A stretch of 64,000 nucleotides of DNA from an uncultured Actinomycetota bacterium (GCA_963724415.1 CAVRUS010000011.1:256561-320560), one strand, 5' to 3'. Positions 50,227 through 62,435 are shown, counted from the stretch's first letter. The notes: generated by a model from the letters alone, not told the origin. Translations and numbers: made by a program.

Positions 50227-51348
50227 ATGGACTGGCTCGACTGGCTGCTGCTCGCACTCCGTGTCGTGATCGTGTTCTTCGGGCTCCTGATCTCGGTGCT
50301 GCTCTACATCTGGTTCGAGCGCAAGGTGATCGCCGACTTCCAGACCCGCAAGGGGCCGATGCGCGCCGGGCCGCGCGGCATCCTCGTCACCCTCGCCGAC
50401 GGGATCAAGCTCTTCTTCAAGGAAGGCATCCTCCCGACGAACGCGGACAAGCCGATCTACCTGCTCGCCCCGGTCCTCGCGATGTTCCCGGCATTCCTCG
50501 CGTTCAGCACGATCCCGTTCGGCGACGACATCACGCTGTTCGGCCGGGAGGTCCCGCTGCAACTGGTCGACCTCGACATCGGCATCCTCTGGATCCTCGC
50601 GATGACCTCGATCGCCGTCTACGGCGTGGTCCTGGCGGGTTGGGCGAGCGGTTCGAACTACCCGCTCCTCGGCGCGGTCCGCTCCACCGCCCAGATGATC
50701 TCCTACGAGGTCGCGATGGGCCTGGCGCTCGTGGCCGTGCTGATGTACAGCGGCCACCTGTCGCTCTCCGAGATCGTCGACGCGCAGGATCGCGTGTGGA
50801 ACGTGGTCCCGATGTTCCCCGCGTTCGTGGTCTATCTGATCTGCGCGATCGCGGAGACCAACCGCCCGCCGTTCGATCTCGCCGAGGCCGAGACGGAGCT
50901 CGTGGCAGGGTTCCATACCGAGTACTCGGGGATCACGTTCGCGATGTTCTTCCTGGGCGAGTACGTCGCGACCGTGACGGTCGCCGCGATCGGCGTGACT
51001 CTGTTCCTCGGCGGGTGGCGAGGACCCGCGCCGGACTTCCTTCCCGGTCTGTGGCCGTTCCTCTGGTTCCTCCTCAAGGTCACCCTCGTGATCTACGTCT
51101 TCGTCCTCGTCCGGGGCACGCTCCCGCGCGTCCGCTACGACCGGCTGATGGCGTTCGGCTGGAAGCTGCTGATCCCGTTCGGGCTCGTCTGGGTCCTGAT
51201 CACCGGGGTGATCGTCGTGCTCCCCTCCGAGCTCGACCTCGACCGGGCGAGCGTGTTGACGTGGTCGGCCGTCGCGTTCGGAGTGGCGGTGCTCCTCTCG
51301 TTCATCCCGATCGGTCGGAAACCCACGAAGGAGGAGGTGGCCTCGTGA
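50227..51348 (+). CDS. nuoH: NADH-quinone oxidoreductase subunit H
   Basis: NuoH/ND1 motifs ([27 protein letters not shown]). Confidence 0.9.
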   Translation: MDWLDWLLLALRVVIVFFGLLISVLLYIWFERKVIADFQTRKGPMRAGPRGILVTLADGIKLFFKEGILPTNADKPIYLLAPVLAMFPAFLAFSTIPFGDDITLFGREVPLQLVDLDIGILWILAMTSIAVYGVVLAGWASGSNYPLLGAVRSTAQMISYEVAMGLALVAVLMYSGHLSLSEIVDAQDRVWNVVPMFPAFVVYLICAIAETNRPPFDLAEAETELVAGFHTEYSGITFAMFFLGEYVATVTVAAIGVTLFLGGWRGPAPDFLPGLWPFLWFLLKVTLVIYVFVLVRGTLPRVRYDRLMAFGWKLLIPFGLVWVLITGVIVVLPSELDLDRASVLTWSAVAFGVAVLLSFIPIGRKPTKEEVAS

Positions 51349-51845
51349 CGGACGAACCGCGGAAAGAGCGGACCTTCCTCGGCGATACGGGCGCGATCCT
51401 GAAGGGCATGGCGACGGTGTTCAAGCAGACGTTCCGCCACGACGACACCGAGGAGTACCCGAAGGTGATCGCCGAGATCCCCGAGCGCGCGCACACCGGC
51501 AGGCACCGGCTCAACCGTCACGAGAACGGCCTCGAGAAGTGCATCGGGTGCGAGCTCTGTGCGTTCGCGTGTCCGGCCGACGCGATCTGGGTCGAGGGGG
51601 AGGACAACGACCCCGAGCACCCCACCTCGCCGGGGGAGCGCTACGCGAAGGACTACCAGATCAACTACCTGCGCTGCATCATGTGTGGCCTCTGTGTGGA
51701 GGCGTGCCCGACGCGTGCGCTGACCCTCACCAACTACTTCGAGATGGCCTACACGTCCCGGGAGGACGCGATCCTCACGAAGGAGCAGCTCCTGGAGCCG
51801 CCGCCGGAGCTCGGGACCACGCCGGGGGCGAAGGAGGGCCTGTAG
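51345..51845 (+). CDS. nuoI: NADH-quinone oxidoreductase subunit I
   Basis: GTG by index arithmetic; two CxxCxxCxxxCP ferredoxin motifs. Confidence 0.9.
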   Translation: MTDEPRKERTFLGDTGAILKGMATVFKQTFRHDDTEEYPKVIAEIPERAHTGRHRLNRHENGLEKCIGCELCAFACPADAIWVEGEDNDPEHPTSPGERYAKDYQINYLRCIMCGLCVEACPTRALTLTNYFEMAYTSREDAILTKEQLLEPPPELGTTPGAKEGL

Positions 51846-51847
51846 GG

Positions 51848-52404
<557 letters not shown>

Positions 52405-52408
<4 letters not shown>

Positions 52409-52710
52409 GGACGCCGATCGCGTATTTCATCGTCCTGTCGGGGATCCTCTTCGCGCTCGGGACGCTCGGCGTGCTGCTCCGCAAGAACGCGCTGCTGATC
52501 TTCATGTCCATCGAGCTCCAGCTGAACGCGGTGAACCTGGCGCTGGTTGCGTTCTCGCGGATGCACCTCGCGCTCGACGGCCAGGTGCTGGCGTTCTTCT
52601 CGATGGTGGTGGCGGCCGCCGAGGTCGTGGTCGGTCTCGCGATCATCGTGGCGGTGTACCGGCGCCGGGGGACCGTCGACGTCGACGACGCGAGAGGGCT
52701 CGCAGGATGA
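52405..52710 (+). CDS. nuoK: NADH-quinone oxidoreductase subunit K
   Basis: 101 aa NuoK/ND4L ([17 protein letters not shown]...). Confidence 0.9.
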
Positions 52711-54639
52711 TCGCGCTGTCGCTCCTGCGGGCTCGCTCGATCGAGCTGGATCATCTGGCTGATCCCCGCGCTCCCGCTCGTCGCGGCAGCGGTCAACCTC
52801 TTCCTCGGGCGACGCCTCGGGCGATGGCGCCGGCTGGCTGGCGGCTTCGGCCGCGGTCGGCCTCTCGTTCCTTCGCCGTGTCGGCGCTGATCGTCGTCCG
52901 TTGCTCCTAGCGGAGCGCGGAGGACTCGCGCTCGTGCATCCAGCACCTGTTCGACTGGATCTCGGTCGGGAGCTTCAACGTCGGCGTCGATCTCCGGCTC
53001 GACGTGCTCTCCGCGACGATGATCCTCGTCGTCACCGGCATCGGTTTCCTGATCCACGTGTACGCGATCGGCTACATGGAGGGCGACCCGCGGTACGGGC
53101 GGTTCTTCGCGTACCTCAACCTGTTCGTGTTCTTCATGCTCCTGCTGGTCCTGGCGGACAACTACCTCCTCCTGTACGTGGGGTGGGAGGGCGTCGGCCT
53201 CTGCTCGTACCTCCTGATCGGCTTCTGGTTCGAGAAGACCGAGAACGCGATCGCGGCGAAGAAGGCGTTCGTCACGACCCGGATCGGCGACACGATGATG
53301 CTGGTCGGGCTCGCGCTGATCGTGAAGGAGTTCGGCTCGCTCGACTTCGGCGCCGTCCTCGGCGCGCCCGGGGAGACGATCGGCGAGGGGACGGCGACCG
53401 CGATCTCGTTGCTCCTGTTCGCCGGCGCGATCGGGAAGTCCGCGCAGGTCCCTCTGCACGTCTGGCTGCCGGACGCGATGGCCGGCCCCACGCCCGTCTC
53501 GGCGCTGATCCACGCCGCCACGATGGTGACCGCCGGCGTCTACCTCGTCGTGCAGGAGCGCGCCGCTCTTCGAGCTCTCAGGCATCGCCCTCACCGTCGT
53601 ACTCGATCGTGGGGCTCCTCACGATGCTCTTCGCCGCGCACCTGCGCGCTGGCGCAGGACGACATCAAGCGGGTCCTCGCGTACTCCACCATCAGCCAGC
53701 TCGGTTTCATGTTCATGGCCGCGGGCATGCGCTTCTACACCGGCGCGATCTTCATGCTCGTCGCCCACGCGTTCTACAAGGCGCTGATGTTCCTGGGCGC
53801 GGGCTCCGTGATGCACGGGACGCACGAGGAGACGGACCTCCAACGGATGGGCGGGCTGATCCGCAGGATGCCGGTCACGGGCTGGACGTTCCTCCTGGGG
53901 GCGTTCGCGCTGGCCGGGGTCTGGCCGCTCGCCGGGTTCTTCGCGAAGGATCAGATCCTCGAGGTCGCGAACCGCACCGGCCGGACGTGGGTCTACCTGC
54001 TGGGGACGCTGGGCGCACTCCTGTCCGCCCTGTACATCGGGCGTCTCTTGTTCCTGGCGTTCTTCGGACGGCCGAGGAGCGAGCAGGCCGAACATGCGCA
54101 CGAGTCGCCCGTCGTGATGACCGATCCCGCTCGTGGTCCTCGCCGCGGGCGACGATCATCGCCGGGCTCCTGCTGTCGACGAACGCCGAGGGGAGGCTCG
54201 CGACGTCGCTCGAGCCGGTGGTCGGGCCGCTGCCGGCGCACGAAGGCGGGCTTGTCGACGGCCGCCCTCCTGGTGATCGCGACCGCGATCGCGCTCGGCG
54301 CGCTCGCGGTCGCGTGGTGGGTGTACGCGTCCGGTCGGGTCGACTGGCTCGCGCTCCGGGAGCGGCTCCAGCCGCTGCCGCGCGCCGCGCGCAACGGCTG
54401 GTACGTCGATCAGCGCGTACTCCACGCTGTTCGTACAGCCCGGGCTCGCCGCGGCCCGGTTCTCGGCGAACGTCTTCGACACGAAGGTCGTCGACGGGCT
54501 CGTGAACGGGGTCGGCGCCGGGACGCGGCGGTTCGCCGCCGTTGCCCGCCGCATCCAGACAGGGTTCGTGCGCTCCTACGCGCTCGCGTTCCTCCTCGGC
54601 GCCGTCGGCGTCCTCGTCTGGCTGGGGACGCGGCTGTGA
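52707..54639 (+). pseudogene. nuoL: NADH-quinone oxidoreductase subunit L, disrupted by at least 10 frameshifts (pseudogene or assembly-error hotspot)
   Basis: NuoL-homologous peptide segments jump among all three frames: N-terminus 52707-53000 with about 5 shifts; 53555-53650 with 3 (APLFELSGIALTVVL / IVGLLTMLFAAHL / ALAQDDIKRVLAYS); 54130-54420 with 3 ending in the true C-terminus ...GAVGVLVWLGTRL* at 54639. Flanking nuoK and nuoM are intact. Confidence 0.7.
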
Positions 54640-56183
54640 ACAAGCTGCTCACCCTCACGACGTTCCTCCCGTTGCTCGGCGCCCTGATGGTGCTGGGCGG
54701 CGGCCGTGGGCTGAAGGACGGCGCCGCCCGCTGGGTCGCCCTCGGGGTGTCCGTGGCGACGTTCATCGTTTCGCTCGTCGTGCTCGGGCGCTTCGACCCG
54801 AGCTCCTCGGAGACGTTCCAGATGGTCGAGATCGCGCGGTGGGTCCCGTCGATCGGCCTGTCCTACGCCGTCGGCATCGACGGCCTCAGCATCTGGATGC
54901 TCCTGCTCACGACGTTCCTGTTCCCCGTCTCGATCCTGGCGTCCTGGACGATCACGAAGGACGTCCGGCGGTACCTCGCGGCGATCCTCGTGCTCGAGAC
55001 GGCGGTGATCGGCACGTTCGTCGCCCTCGACCTCCTGCTCTTCTTCCTGTTCTTCGAGGCCCTCCTCGTGCCGATGTACCTGTTGATCGGCGGGTGGGGC
55101 GGACAGCGGCGCATCTACGCCGCGATCAAGTTCTTCCTCTTCACGATGGCGGGCTCGGCGTTCCTGCTCGTCGCGATCCTGTTCCTCTACGTGCAGCAGG
55201 ACGGCCCCCGCCTGTTCGGCTACGGGGCGATGATGGACGCGGCCGCAGGCGTCCCGGTCACCACGGCCCGGTGGCTGTTCCTCGCGTTCTTCGTCGCGTT
55301 CGCGGTGAAGGTCCCGCTCGTGCCGCTGCACACGTGGCTGCCGGACGCGCACACGGAGGCGCCCACGGCGGGCTCGGTGCTGCTGGCGGCGCTCCTGTTG
55401 AAGGTGGGGACGTACGGGCTGATCCGGTTCAACCTGATGCTCTTCCCGGAGGCGTCGAAGTACTTCGCCACGTTCGTCGGCGTGATCGCCGTGATCGGCA
55501 TCGTCTACGGCGCCGTCAACGCCTTGATCCAGACCGACATCAAACGGTTGGTGGCGTATTCCTCCGTCTCGCACCTCGGCTTCGTGGTGCTGGGCGTGTT
55601 CGCGTTCACGCAGCAAGGGGTCACCGGCGGAGTGCTCCAGATGGTGAACCACGGCCTCGCGACGGGTGCGCTGTTCCTGCTGGTCGGGATGGTCTACGAG
55701 CGGACGCACACCCGGGACCTGGGGAGCATGGGCGGGCTCGCCTCGGTGATGCCGTGGCTGATGGGCGCGTTCCTGTTCACCGTGTTCGCCTCGGCCGGCC
55801 TCCCGGGGCTGAACGGCTTCGTCGGGGAGTTCCTCGTGATCGTCGGAACGTTCGCCGTGCACTCATGGTTCGGCGCGCTGGCCGCGACCGCGGTCGTCCT
55901 CGCCGCGATCTACCTCTTGTGGTCGTACCAGCGGATGGCGTTCGGCCCGGTCCGTGAGGAGCACCGCTCGCTGCCGGACGTGAGCCTTCGTGAGGTCGTG
56001 GTGCTGGCGCCGGTGCTGGCGCTCCTCCTCGTGTTCGGCGTGGCGCCGAAGCTGCTCACGGACCGGATCGATCCGGCCACCGAGGCCGTGATCGCCCGCG
56101 TCGCGCCGAACCATCAAACCGATGTCGGAGTGGCCGACCGGGCGATCGTGAACCCCTCGGCCGACGAGGAGGCCGCGCCGTGA
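54636..56183 (+). CDS. nuoM: NADH-quinone oxidoreductase subunit M
   Basis: In-frame GTG overlapping the nuoL stop (VNKLLTLTTFLPLLGA...); NuoM/ND4 motifs. Confidence 0.9.
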   Translation: MNKLLTLTTFLPLLGALMVLGGGRGLKDGAARWVALGVSVATFIVSLVVLGRFDPSSSETFQMVEIARWVPSIGLSYAVGIDGLSIWMLLLTTFLFPVSILASWTITKDVRRYLAAILVLETAVIGTFVALDLLLFFLFFEALLVPMYLLIGGWGGQRRIYAAIKFFLFTMAGSAFLLVAILFLYVQQDGPRLFGYGAMMDAAAGVPVTTARWLFLAFFVAFAVKVPLVPLHTWLPDAHTEAPTAGSVLLAALLLKVGTYGLIRFNLMLFPEASKYFATFVGVIAVIGIVYGAVNALIQTDIKRLVAYSSVSHLGFVVLGVFAFTQQGVTGGVLQMVNHGLATGALFLLVGMVYERTHTRDLGSMGGLASVMPWLMGAFLFTVFASAGLPGLNGFVGEFLVIVGTFAVHSWFGALAATAVVLAAIYLLWSYQRMAFGPVREEHRSLPDVSLREVVVLAPVLALLLVFGVAPKLLTDRIDPATEAVIARVAPNHQTDVGVADRAIVNPSADEEAAP

Positions 56184-57692
56184 TCGGACAGCAGGTGCTC
56201 CCGACCCCCGAGCTCGTCTTCGAGCCACTCCTGCCCGAGCTGGCTCTGGTGGTGTTCGCGATCCTCGGCCTCCTCTACGAGGCGTTCGCGAAGCGGTCCG
56301 AGCCCCTCGTCCACCTGTCGATCGGGCTCGTCGGGATCGCGCTCGCGGCGGCCACCAGCCTGTGGCTGTGGAGCTGGGAAGGGCCGGCCGGCGCGGTTCC
56401 GAACCAGCCCGTCACCGTGCTGGGCGGCGCGATCGTGTTCGACCGCTTCGCGGTCCTGTCCCGGCTCCTCCTGCTCGTCGTCGCCGCGCTCGGGCTGCTT
56501 CTGGGCCACCAGTACTTCGCGCGCTCCGAAGACGAGCAGCGCGGCGAGTTCGTCCCGCTGGTCCTGTTCGCGACGTCGGGGATGACGTTGATCGTGGCCT
56601 CCGCGGACCTGATCGTGATGTTCCTGGCGCTCGAGATCCTCTCCCTCGCCCTCTATGTCCTCACCGGGCTCACGGGCCGCCGGGCCGCGAACGAGGCATC
56701 GATGAAGTACTTCCTCCTCGGTGCGTTCAGCTCGGCGTTCTTCCTCTACGGCGTGGCCATGGCCTACGGGGCGACGGGCACGACGAAGATCGATGCGATG
56801 GCGATCGCCCTGACCGGCCGTGGCGGCACACAGGCGCTCGCGGTGCTCGGTCTCGCGCTCCTGGCGGTGGGCTTCGCCTTCAAGATCTCGGCGGCGCCGT
56901 TCCACATGTGGACGCCCGACGTCTACCAGGGCGCCCCGAGTCCGGTGACCGCCTTCATGTCGGCCGCGACGAAGATCGCCGCGTTCGCCGCGCTGATCCG
57001 GGTCCTCAACGTCGCGTTCCAAGCGCTCGCGTGGGACTGGGCACCGGTGGTGTGGGGGTTGGCGGCGGCTTCGGTGGTGGTCGGCAGCATCCTGGCGATC
57101 GCGCAGACGAACGTGAAACGGATGCTCGCGTACTCGAGCATCGCGCACGCCGGATTCATCCTGACCGGGCTGACGGCTCCAGGGTCCGAGGGCATCCGGG
57201 CCGCGATGTTCTACCTGGTGGCGTACGCCGCGATGACGATCGGGGCGTTCGGCACCGTGATGATCGTGTCGGGCCGGGGGGAGGAGCGGACCCGTATCTC
57301 TGACTACACCGGCTTGGCGAGGACGAACCCGATCGCGGCGGCGCTGATGACGCTCTTCCTGCTCTCGCTGGCCGGGATCCCGCCGACCGCGGGCTTCATC
57401 GCGAAGGTGACCGTGTTCACGGCGGCGATCGACGCCGGCTACTGGATCCTCGCCCTCGTGGGGGTGCTCGCCAGCGTCGCGGCCGCCTTCTTCTATCTTC
57501 GGGTGATCGTGCTGATGTACATGCAGGAGCCCGAGGTGGCGCCGGCGCCCGGAATCGCGGTCGCGCCTGGACCCGACGAGCGCCTCGATCGGCGCCATCC
57601 TGGCGATCCCTGCCGCCGCGACCCTGCTCCTCGGTGTGTTCCCCGGCTTGATCGTGGGCATCATCCAGGACGCCTCGGTGCTGCGATGGTGA
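56180..57692 (+). CDS. nuoN: NADH-quinone oxidoreductase subunit N with a C-terminal frameshift near 57560-57575
   Basis: Main frame runs to 57703 with a non-homologous tail; the conserved C-terminus (...SIGAILAIPAAATLLLGVFPGLIVGIIQDASVLRW*) is in another frame ending at 57692. Confidence 0.8.
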
Positions 57693-57699
57693 GGGCGCG

Positions 57700-58707
57700 A
57701 TGAGTCGCCGAGTGATCCCCGGTCTGGAATCGCCCGATCCCGTCTTGGAGTCGGAGATCCGGGCGCGCCTGGACCGCGTGGAAGAGGCGCTCCACAAGGC
57801 GCTGGAGGAGGCGGACTCCCAGCTGCTGTCCGCCACGGCGAACTACCTCCTGACCGCCGGCGGCAAGCGCTTCCGCCCGATGCTCGCCCTCCTCTCCGGG
57901 TACTTCGGCGACCCGTCGGACCCGCGCCTGATCCCCGCGTCGGTGTCCCTGGAGCTCGTCCACGTCGCCACGCTCTACCACGACGACGTGATCGACGAAG
58001 CGGAGTCGCGCCACGGGGTTCCTGCGGCCAACGTGCGGTGGGACAACACGGTCGCGATCCTCACGGGCGACTACCTGTTCGCCCGCGCGTCGGAGGTGGG
58101 CGCCGATCTCGGCCCCGAGGTCTGCCGCATCCTGGCGCAGACGATCGCGGTCCTCTGCGACGGGCAGATCCGCGAGGTCGATGCCTCTCGCCGTCTGGAC
58201 CAGACCGAGGCCAACTACCTCGAGGTGATCCGCCGGAAGACCGGGGCGCTGATCGCGACGTCCTGCCGGCTCGGCGCGATGATGTCGGACGCGCCGCCCG
58301 AGCACGTCGACATCCTGGGTGCCTTCGGCGAATCGCTCGGCCTGGCCTTCCAGCTCTCCGACGACATCATGGACATCACCTCCAGTCAGCTCGAGCTCGG
58401 GAAGGAGCCCGGGGTCGATATGAAGGAGGGGGTGTATACGCTCCCCGTGCTCCACGCCCTGGATACCTCCCCGCATCGCGAGGAGCTGGCGCGGATCCTG
58501 ACCACGGGCGTCGAGGGCGAGCTCCTCGACCGTGCGCTCGAGATCGTCGCGGACGCCGACTCGATCGAGCACGCTCGGACGGCGGTCCGCGACGAGGTCG
58601 CGCGCGCGGTCACGCTGGTCGAGCGGCTCCCGTCGGGGCCCGCCCAGCACGCGTTGGTGCAGCTCGCGCGCTTCCTTTCGGCACGGTGTGGGGCGGACGG
58701 AACATGA
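57700..58707 (+). CDS. Polyprenyl diphosphate synthase (long-chain, HepT/GrcC1-like)
   Basis: Aspartate-rich motifs (LYHDDVIDEAESRHG and FQLSDDIMD). Confidence 0.85.
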   Translation: MSRRVIPGLESPDPVLESEIRARLDRVEEALHKALEEADSQLLSATANYLLTAGGKRFRPMLALLSGYFGDPSDPRLIPASVSLELVHVATLYHDDVIDEAESRHGVPAANVRWDNTVAILTGDYLFARASEVGADLGPEVCRILAQTIAVLCDGQIREVDASRRLDQTEANYLEVIRRKTGALIATSCRLGAMMSDAPPEHVDILGAFGESLGLAFQLSDDIMDITSSQLELGKEPGVDMKEGVYTLPVLHALDTSPHREELARILTTGVEGELLDRALEIVADADSIEHARTAVRDEVARAVTLVERLPSGPAQHALVQLARFLSARCGADGT

Positions 58708-58746
58708 GGGAAGGTGCCCTGATGGATCCTGCTAGGATCCGCGCTC

Positions 58747-58764
58747 GGGAAGACTTTCACAAGC
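58747..58764. promoter_or_regulatory. Rex-like half-site (GGGAAGAC-TTTCACAAG) immediately upstream of nuoA2
   Basis: The right half matches the Rex consensus TTTCACAA; the left half is degenerate; abuts the predicted GTG start. Confidence 0.3.
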
Positions 58765-59130
58765 GTGCCTGACTACTACTCGTCCTACGGTGTCGTGCTG
58801 GCGGTCGTGGCCGCGGGAGCGATCCTCGTCGCGGTGGCGTTCACCGCCGCGCGTCTGATCGCCCCTCACCGACCGCTCCCCGCCAAGCTCACCACCTACG
58901 AGTGCGGGATCGACCCCGTCGGTGAGGGCTGGTCGCAGAGTCAGATCCGCTACTACGTCTTCGGGTTCCTGTTCGTGATCTTCGACGTCGAGGCCGTGTT
59001 CCTCTTCCCCTGGGCACGTGTCTTCGAGAGCCTCGGCTGGGCAGCGGTGGTCGAGATGGGCATCTTCATCGGGATCCTCGCGACCGGCCTCCTCTACGCG
59101 TGGCGCAAGGGGGTCGTGCGGTGGGCCTGA
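58765..59130 (+). CDS. nuoA: NADH-quinone oxidoreductase subunit A, second copy
   Basis: [40 protein letters not shown]. Confidence 0.85.
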   Translation: MPDYYSSYGVVLAVVAAGAILVAVAFTAARLIAPHRPLPAKLTTYECGIDPVGEGWSQSQIRYYVFGFLFVIFDVEAVFLFPWARVFESLGWAAVVEMGIFIGILATGLLYAWRKGVVRWA

Positions 59131-59627
59131 TCACCGAGAAGACCCCGCTCCCGAAGATCCAGCCCGTGAAGTTCCTGCTGAACTGGGGCCGGCGGTACTC
59201 CTTGTGGGTGATGAACTTCGGCCTCGCGTGCTGCGCGATCGAGCTGATCGCCACCTCCACCTCCAAGCACGACTTCATCCGCCTCGGCGTGATCCCGTTC
59301 GCGCACGGCCCCCGCCAGGCGGACCTCCTCGTCGTGGCCGGGACCCTGACCGACAAGATGGCGCCGGCGCTCAAACGCGTCTACGACCAGATCCCGGACC
59401 CGAAGTACGTGATCTCGTTCGGCTCCTGCTCGAACTGCGGCGGTCCCTACTGGGACTCGTACTCGGTGACCAAGGGCGTCGACCAGATCGTGCCGGTCGA
59501 CGTCTACGTGCCCGGTTGCCCGCCGCGCCCCGAAGCTCTGCTGCACGGGATCGTGAAGCTGCAGGAGAAGATCAAGGACGAGGACATCCAGGAGAAGTGG
59601 GCGAGTGGCCACAGCGCTGTCTCCTGA
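59100..59627 (+). CDS. nuoB: NADH-quinone oxidoreductase subunit B, second copy
   Basis: GLACCAIEL...[10 protein letters not shown]...PGCPPRPE; the start may be GTG 59121 rather than 59100. Confidence 0.85.
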   Translation: MAQGGRAVGLITEKTPLPKIQPVKFLLNWGRRYSLWVMNFGLACCAIELIATSTSKHDFIRLGVIPFAHGPRQADLLVVAGTLTDKMAPALKRVYDQIPDPKYVISFGSCSNCGGPYWDSYSVTKGVDQIVPVDVYVPGCPPRPEALLHGIVKLQEKIKDEDIQEKWASGHSAVS

Positions 59628-60126
59628 GGACGTGGAGTCGCGTCTGCGGGCGCGGTTCGGCCAGGACATCCTCGCGTTCGAGGTGCAGCACGGGCACGCC
59701 GTGGCGACCGTCGGTGCCGACCGGTACCGCGACGTCTGCCGGTTCCTCCGCGACGAGCCCGAGTTCGCCTGCGACTACTGCGACTTCACCGGCGGCGTCG
59801 ACTTCGGTCCGGAACGCGGCTTCGAGGTCGTCACCCACCTGTACTCGACCGCGCACCATCACAACGTCCGCATCAAGGTGCAGGTCCCGCACGACGACCC
59901 GGTCTGCCCGACGGTCTCCGACCTGTTCCCCACCTCGGACTGGCACGAGCGGGAGACGATGGAGATGTTCGGGATCCGCTTCGAGGGCCACCCGAAGCCC
60001 GTGAAGCTCCTGCTCTCCGAGCCGTTCGAGGGCCAGCCCCTGCGGAAGGACTTCCCGCTGATGACCCGCGAGGTCAAGCCCTGGCCCGGGCTCGTGGAGG
60101 GCGAAGACGTGGAGGACGACGAGTGA
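59605..60126 (+). CDS. nuoC: NADH-quinone oxidoreductase subunit C, second copy (no nuoD follows)
   Basis: [19 protein letters not shown]...GQPLRKD; the gene immediately downstream is nuoH. Confidence 0.85.
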   Translation: MATALSPEDVESRLRARFGQDILAFEVQHGHAVATVGADRYRDVCRFLRDEPEFACDYCDFTGGVDFGPERGFEVVTHLYSTAHHHNVRIKVQVPHDDPVCPTVSDLFPTSDWHERETMEMFGIRFEGHPKPVKLLLSEPFEGQPLRKDFPLMTREVKPWPGLVEGEDVEDDE

Positions 60127-61130
60127 TCCTGGCCGAGACCGGCGTCTCGGTCTTCTCCTCGCTCTTCGAGAACTTCTGGGTCGTCCTGTTGCTGAAGACG
60201 GTCGCCGTGATGGGGTTCTTCCTGGTCGTCCCGCTCGGCGTCGGCTACGTGGAGCACAAGGGCCTCGCCCACATGCAGGCGCGGCTCGGACCGATGGAGG
60301 CCGGGGCGTTCCACGGGTGGGCCCAGCTCGTCGCCGACGGCGTGAAGTTCATCCAGAAGGAAGACGTGATCCCCGCGGCCGCGGACCGCAACGTGTTCTC
60401 CCTCGCGCCGGCGGTGGCGATGATCCCGTACATCGCGATCCTCGTCGTGCTGCCGATCAGCGACTCGTGGTTCGCGGAGGACCTCGACGTGGGGATCTTC
60501 TTCGTGCTGGCGATGTCCAGCATCTCGGTGATCGGCATCATGATGGCCGGCTGGTCCTCCGCGAACAAGTTCTCCCTGATCGGTGCGCTCCGCGCGGCCG
60601 CGCAGCTGATCGCGTACGAGCTGCCGCTGGTGATCGCCGCGGCCGCCATCGTGATGCAGGCCGGCACACTGTCGATGATCGGGATCGTCGAGGCGCAGCA
60701 GGACCTCTGGTTCATCATCCCGCAGTTCCCGGGCTTCCTGATCTTCATGATCGCCGCGTTCGCCGAGCTGCAGCGGCCGCCGTTCGACATGCCGATCGCC
60801 GACTCCGAGATCATCTTCGGCGCCTACACCGAGTACACGGGCCTGAAGTTCGCGTTCTTCCTGCTCGCCGAGTACGGCGGGATCGTGGCGTTCTCCGGGA
60901 TCGCAGCGGTCCTGTACCTCGGCGGCTACCAACCGCTCCCCGGCATCCCGATCCCCGGGCCGCTGATGATGATGGGCAAGATCGGGGCGCTCGCCTTCTT
61001 CTTCATCTGGCTGCGGGCGACGTATCCGCGGCTCCGCGAGGACCAGCTCCAGCGCTTCTCGTGGCTCGCGTTGATCCCCCTGTCCCTGGCGCTGATCATG
61101 GGCGTGGCGGTGGCGAAGGTGGCGTTCTAG
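60123..61130 (+). CDS. nuoH: NADH-quinone oxidoreductase subunit H, second copy
   Basis: AELQRPPFDMPIADSEIIFGAYTEYTG. Confidence 0.9.
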   Translation: MILAETGVSVFSSLFENFWVVLLLKTVAVMGFFLVVPLGVGYVEHKGLAHMQARLGPMEAGAFHGWAQLVADGVKFIQKEDVIPAAADRNVFSLAPAVAMIPYIAILVVLPISDSWFAEDLDVGIFFVLAMSSISVIGIMMAGWSSANKFSLIGALRAAAQLIAYELPLVIAAAAIVMQAGTLSMIGIVEAQQDLWFIIPQFPGFLIFMIAAFAELQRPPFDMPIADSEIIFGAYTEYTGLKFAFFLLAEYGGIVAFSGIAAVLYLGGYQPLPGIPIPGPLMMMGKIGALAFFFIWLRATYPRLREDQLQRFSWLALIPLSLALIMGVAVAKVAF

Positions 61131-61634
61131 ATGCCGGAGCAGACGCGCAAGCGCGGGACCGGGCTCGGGCTCGCCAAGGGCCTGTCGGTCACACTCAAGA
61201 CGATGCTGCAGCCGGCGGTCACGCAGCAGTACCCGCGCGTGAAGCCGGATCTCCCACCCCGGACCCGGGGTGTGATCGCGCTGAAGGAGGCCAACTGCAC
61301 CGTCTGCTACAAGTGCTCCCGCGAGTGCCCCGATTGGTGCATCTACATCGACGCGCACAAGGAGACGCACGATCCTGCGGGCGGCGGTCGCGCGCGGTCC
61401 GCCAAGGTGCTCGATCGCTTCGCGATCGACTACGCCCTGTGCATGTACTGCGGGATCTGCGTCGAGGTGTGTCCGTTCGACGCCCTGTTCTGGAGTCCGG
61501 AGTTCGAGTACGGCGAGTACGACCTCGACCTGATGACCCATGAGAAGGAGCGCCTCGAGGACTGGACGTACACCGTCCTGCCCCCGCCGGCCCTGGAAGA
61601 AGGCGCCGAGCCCACGGAGGAACAGGCGTCGTGA
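61131..61634 (+). CDS. nuoI: NADH-quinone oxidoreductase subunit I, second copy
   Basis: [12 protein letters not shown] and [12 protein letters not shown]. Confidence 0.9.
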   Translation: MPEQTRKRGTGLGLAKGLSVTLKTMLQPAVTQQYPRVKPDLPPRTRGVIALKEANCTVCYKCSRECPDWCIYIDAHKETHDPAGGGRARSAKVLDRFAIDYALCMYCGICVEVCPFDALFWSPEFEYGEYDLDLMTHEKERLEDWTYTVLPPPALEEGAEPTEEQAS

Positions 61635-62131
61635 CGGCGCAGGAGTACGCGTTCGCGGTGATCGCGGCGGTGGGATCGATCAGCGCGATCGCGGTCGTGA
61701 CCGCCCGCAACGTCGTGCACGCCGCCCTCTACCTCGTCGTCGCGCTCCTCTCGGTCGGCGCGACGTTCCTCCTCCTCGGCGCGGAGTTCGCCGGCTGGGT
61801 CCAGATCCTGATCTACGTCGGCGCGATCGTGATCCTGTTCCTCTTCGGCCTGATGCTCACGAAGGCGCCGATCGGCCGCGACACGCTCGACAACGCACAT
61901 CGGTGGGTCGGGCTGCTGGTGGCCGCCGGCATCTTCGCCGGGTTGGTGTTCCTGATCCAGGAGGCCTTCCCGCTCGACGAGGAGCCGTTCGAGGTCTTCC
62001 GCTCCACGACAGACGCGGTGGGGCAGTCGATGTTCCGCGACTTCATCCTGCCGTTCGAGGCGATCTCGTTCCTGCTGCTCGCGGCGCTGATCGGGGCGAT
62101 CGTGCTCGCGCGCAAGGACGAGGGGAACTGA
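61631..62131 (+). CDS. nuoJ: NADH-quinone oxidoreductase subunit J, second copy
   Basis: NuoJ TM pattern; 4-nt overlap with nuoI2. Confidence 0.85.
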   Translation: MTAQEYAFAVIAAVGSISAIAVVTARNVVHAALYLVVALLSVGATFLLLGAEFAGWVQILIYVGAIVILFLFGLMLTKAPIGRDTLDNAHRWVGLLVAAGIFAGLVFLIQEAFPLDEEPFEVFRSTTDAVGQSMFRDFILPFEAISFLLLAALIGAIVLARKDEGN

Positions 62132-62132
62132 C

Positions 62133-62435
62133 GTGATCCGTCTGCCCTTCGTCCTGCTGTTCGCGGCCCTGCTCTTCTCGGCAGGCGTGTACGGAGTGCT
62201 CGCTCGCCGGAACGCGGTGATGGTCCTGATGGCGATCGAGCTGATGCTGAACGCCGTGAACGTGAACCTGGTGGCGTTCTCGTCGTCGCTGCACGACGTG
62301 GGCGGGCAGATCTTCGCGCTCTTCGTGATCGCGGTCGCCGCGGCCGAGGTCGGGATCGGCCTCGCGATCGTGATCCTGCTGTTCCGGAACCGGGCCTCGA
62401 TCAACGTGGACGAGGTGAACCTCCTCAAGTGGTAG
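62133..62435 (+). CDS. nuoK: NADH-quinone oxidoreductase subunit K, second copy
   Basis: AIELMLNAVNVNLVAFS. Confidence 0.9.
   Translation: MIRLPFVLLFAALLFSAGVYGVLARRNAVMVLMAIELMLNAVNVNLVAFSSSLHDVGGQIFALFVIAVAAAEVGIGLAIVILLFRNRASINVDEVNLLKW

Noticed and set aside
58715-58737. GGATCC-TGCTA-GGATCC inverted repeat after the polyprenyl synthase gene
   Set aside because: Only a 6-bp stem made of a self-complementary hexamer; too weak to call a terminator or operator.
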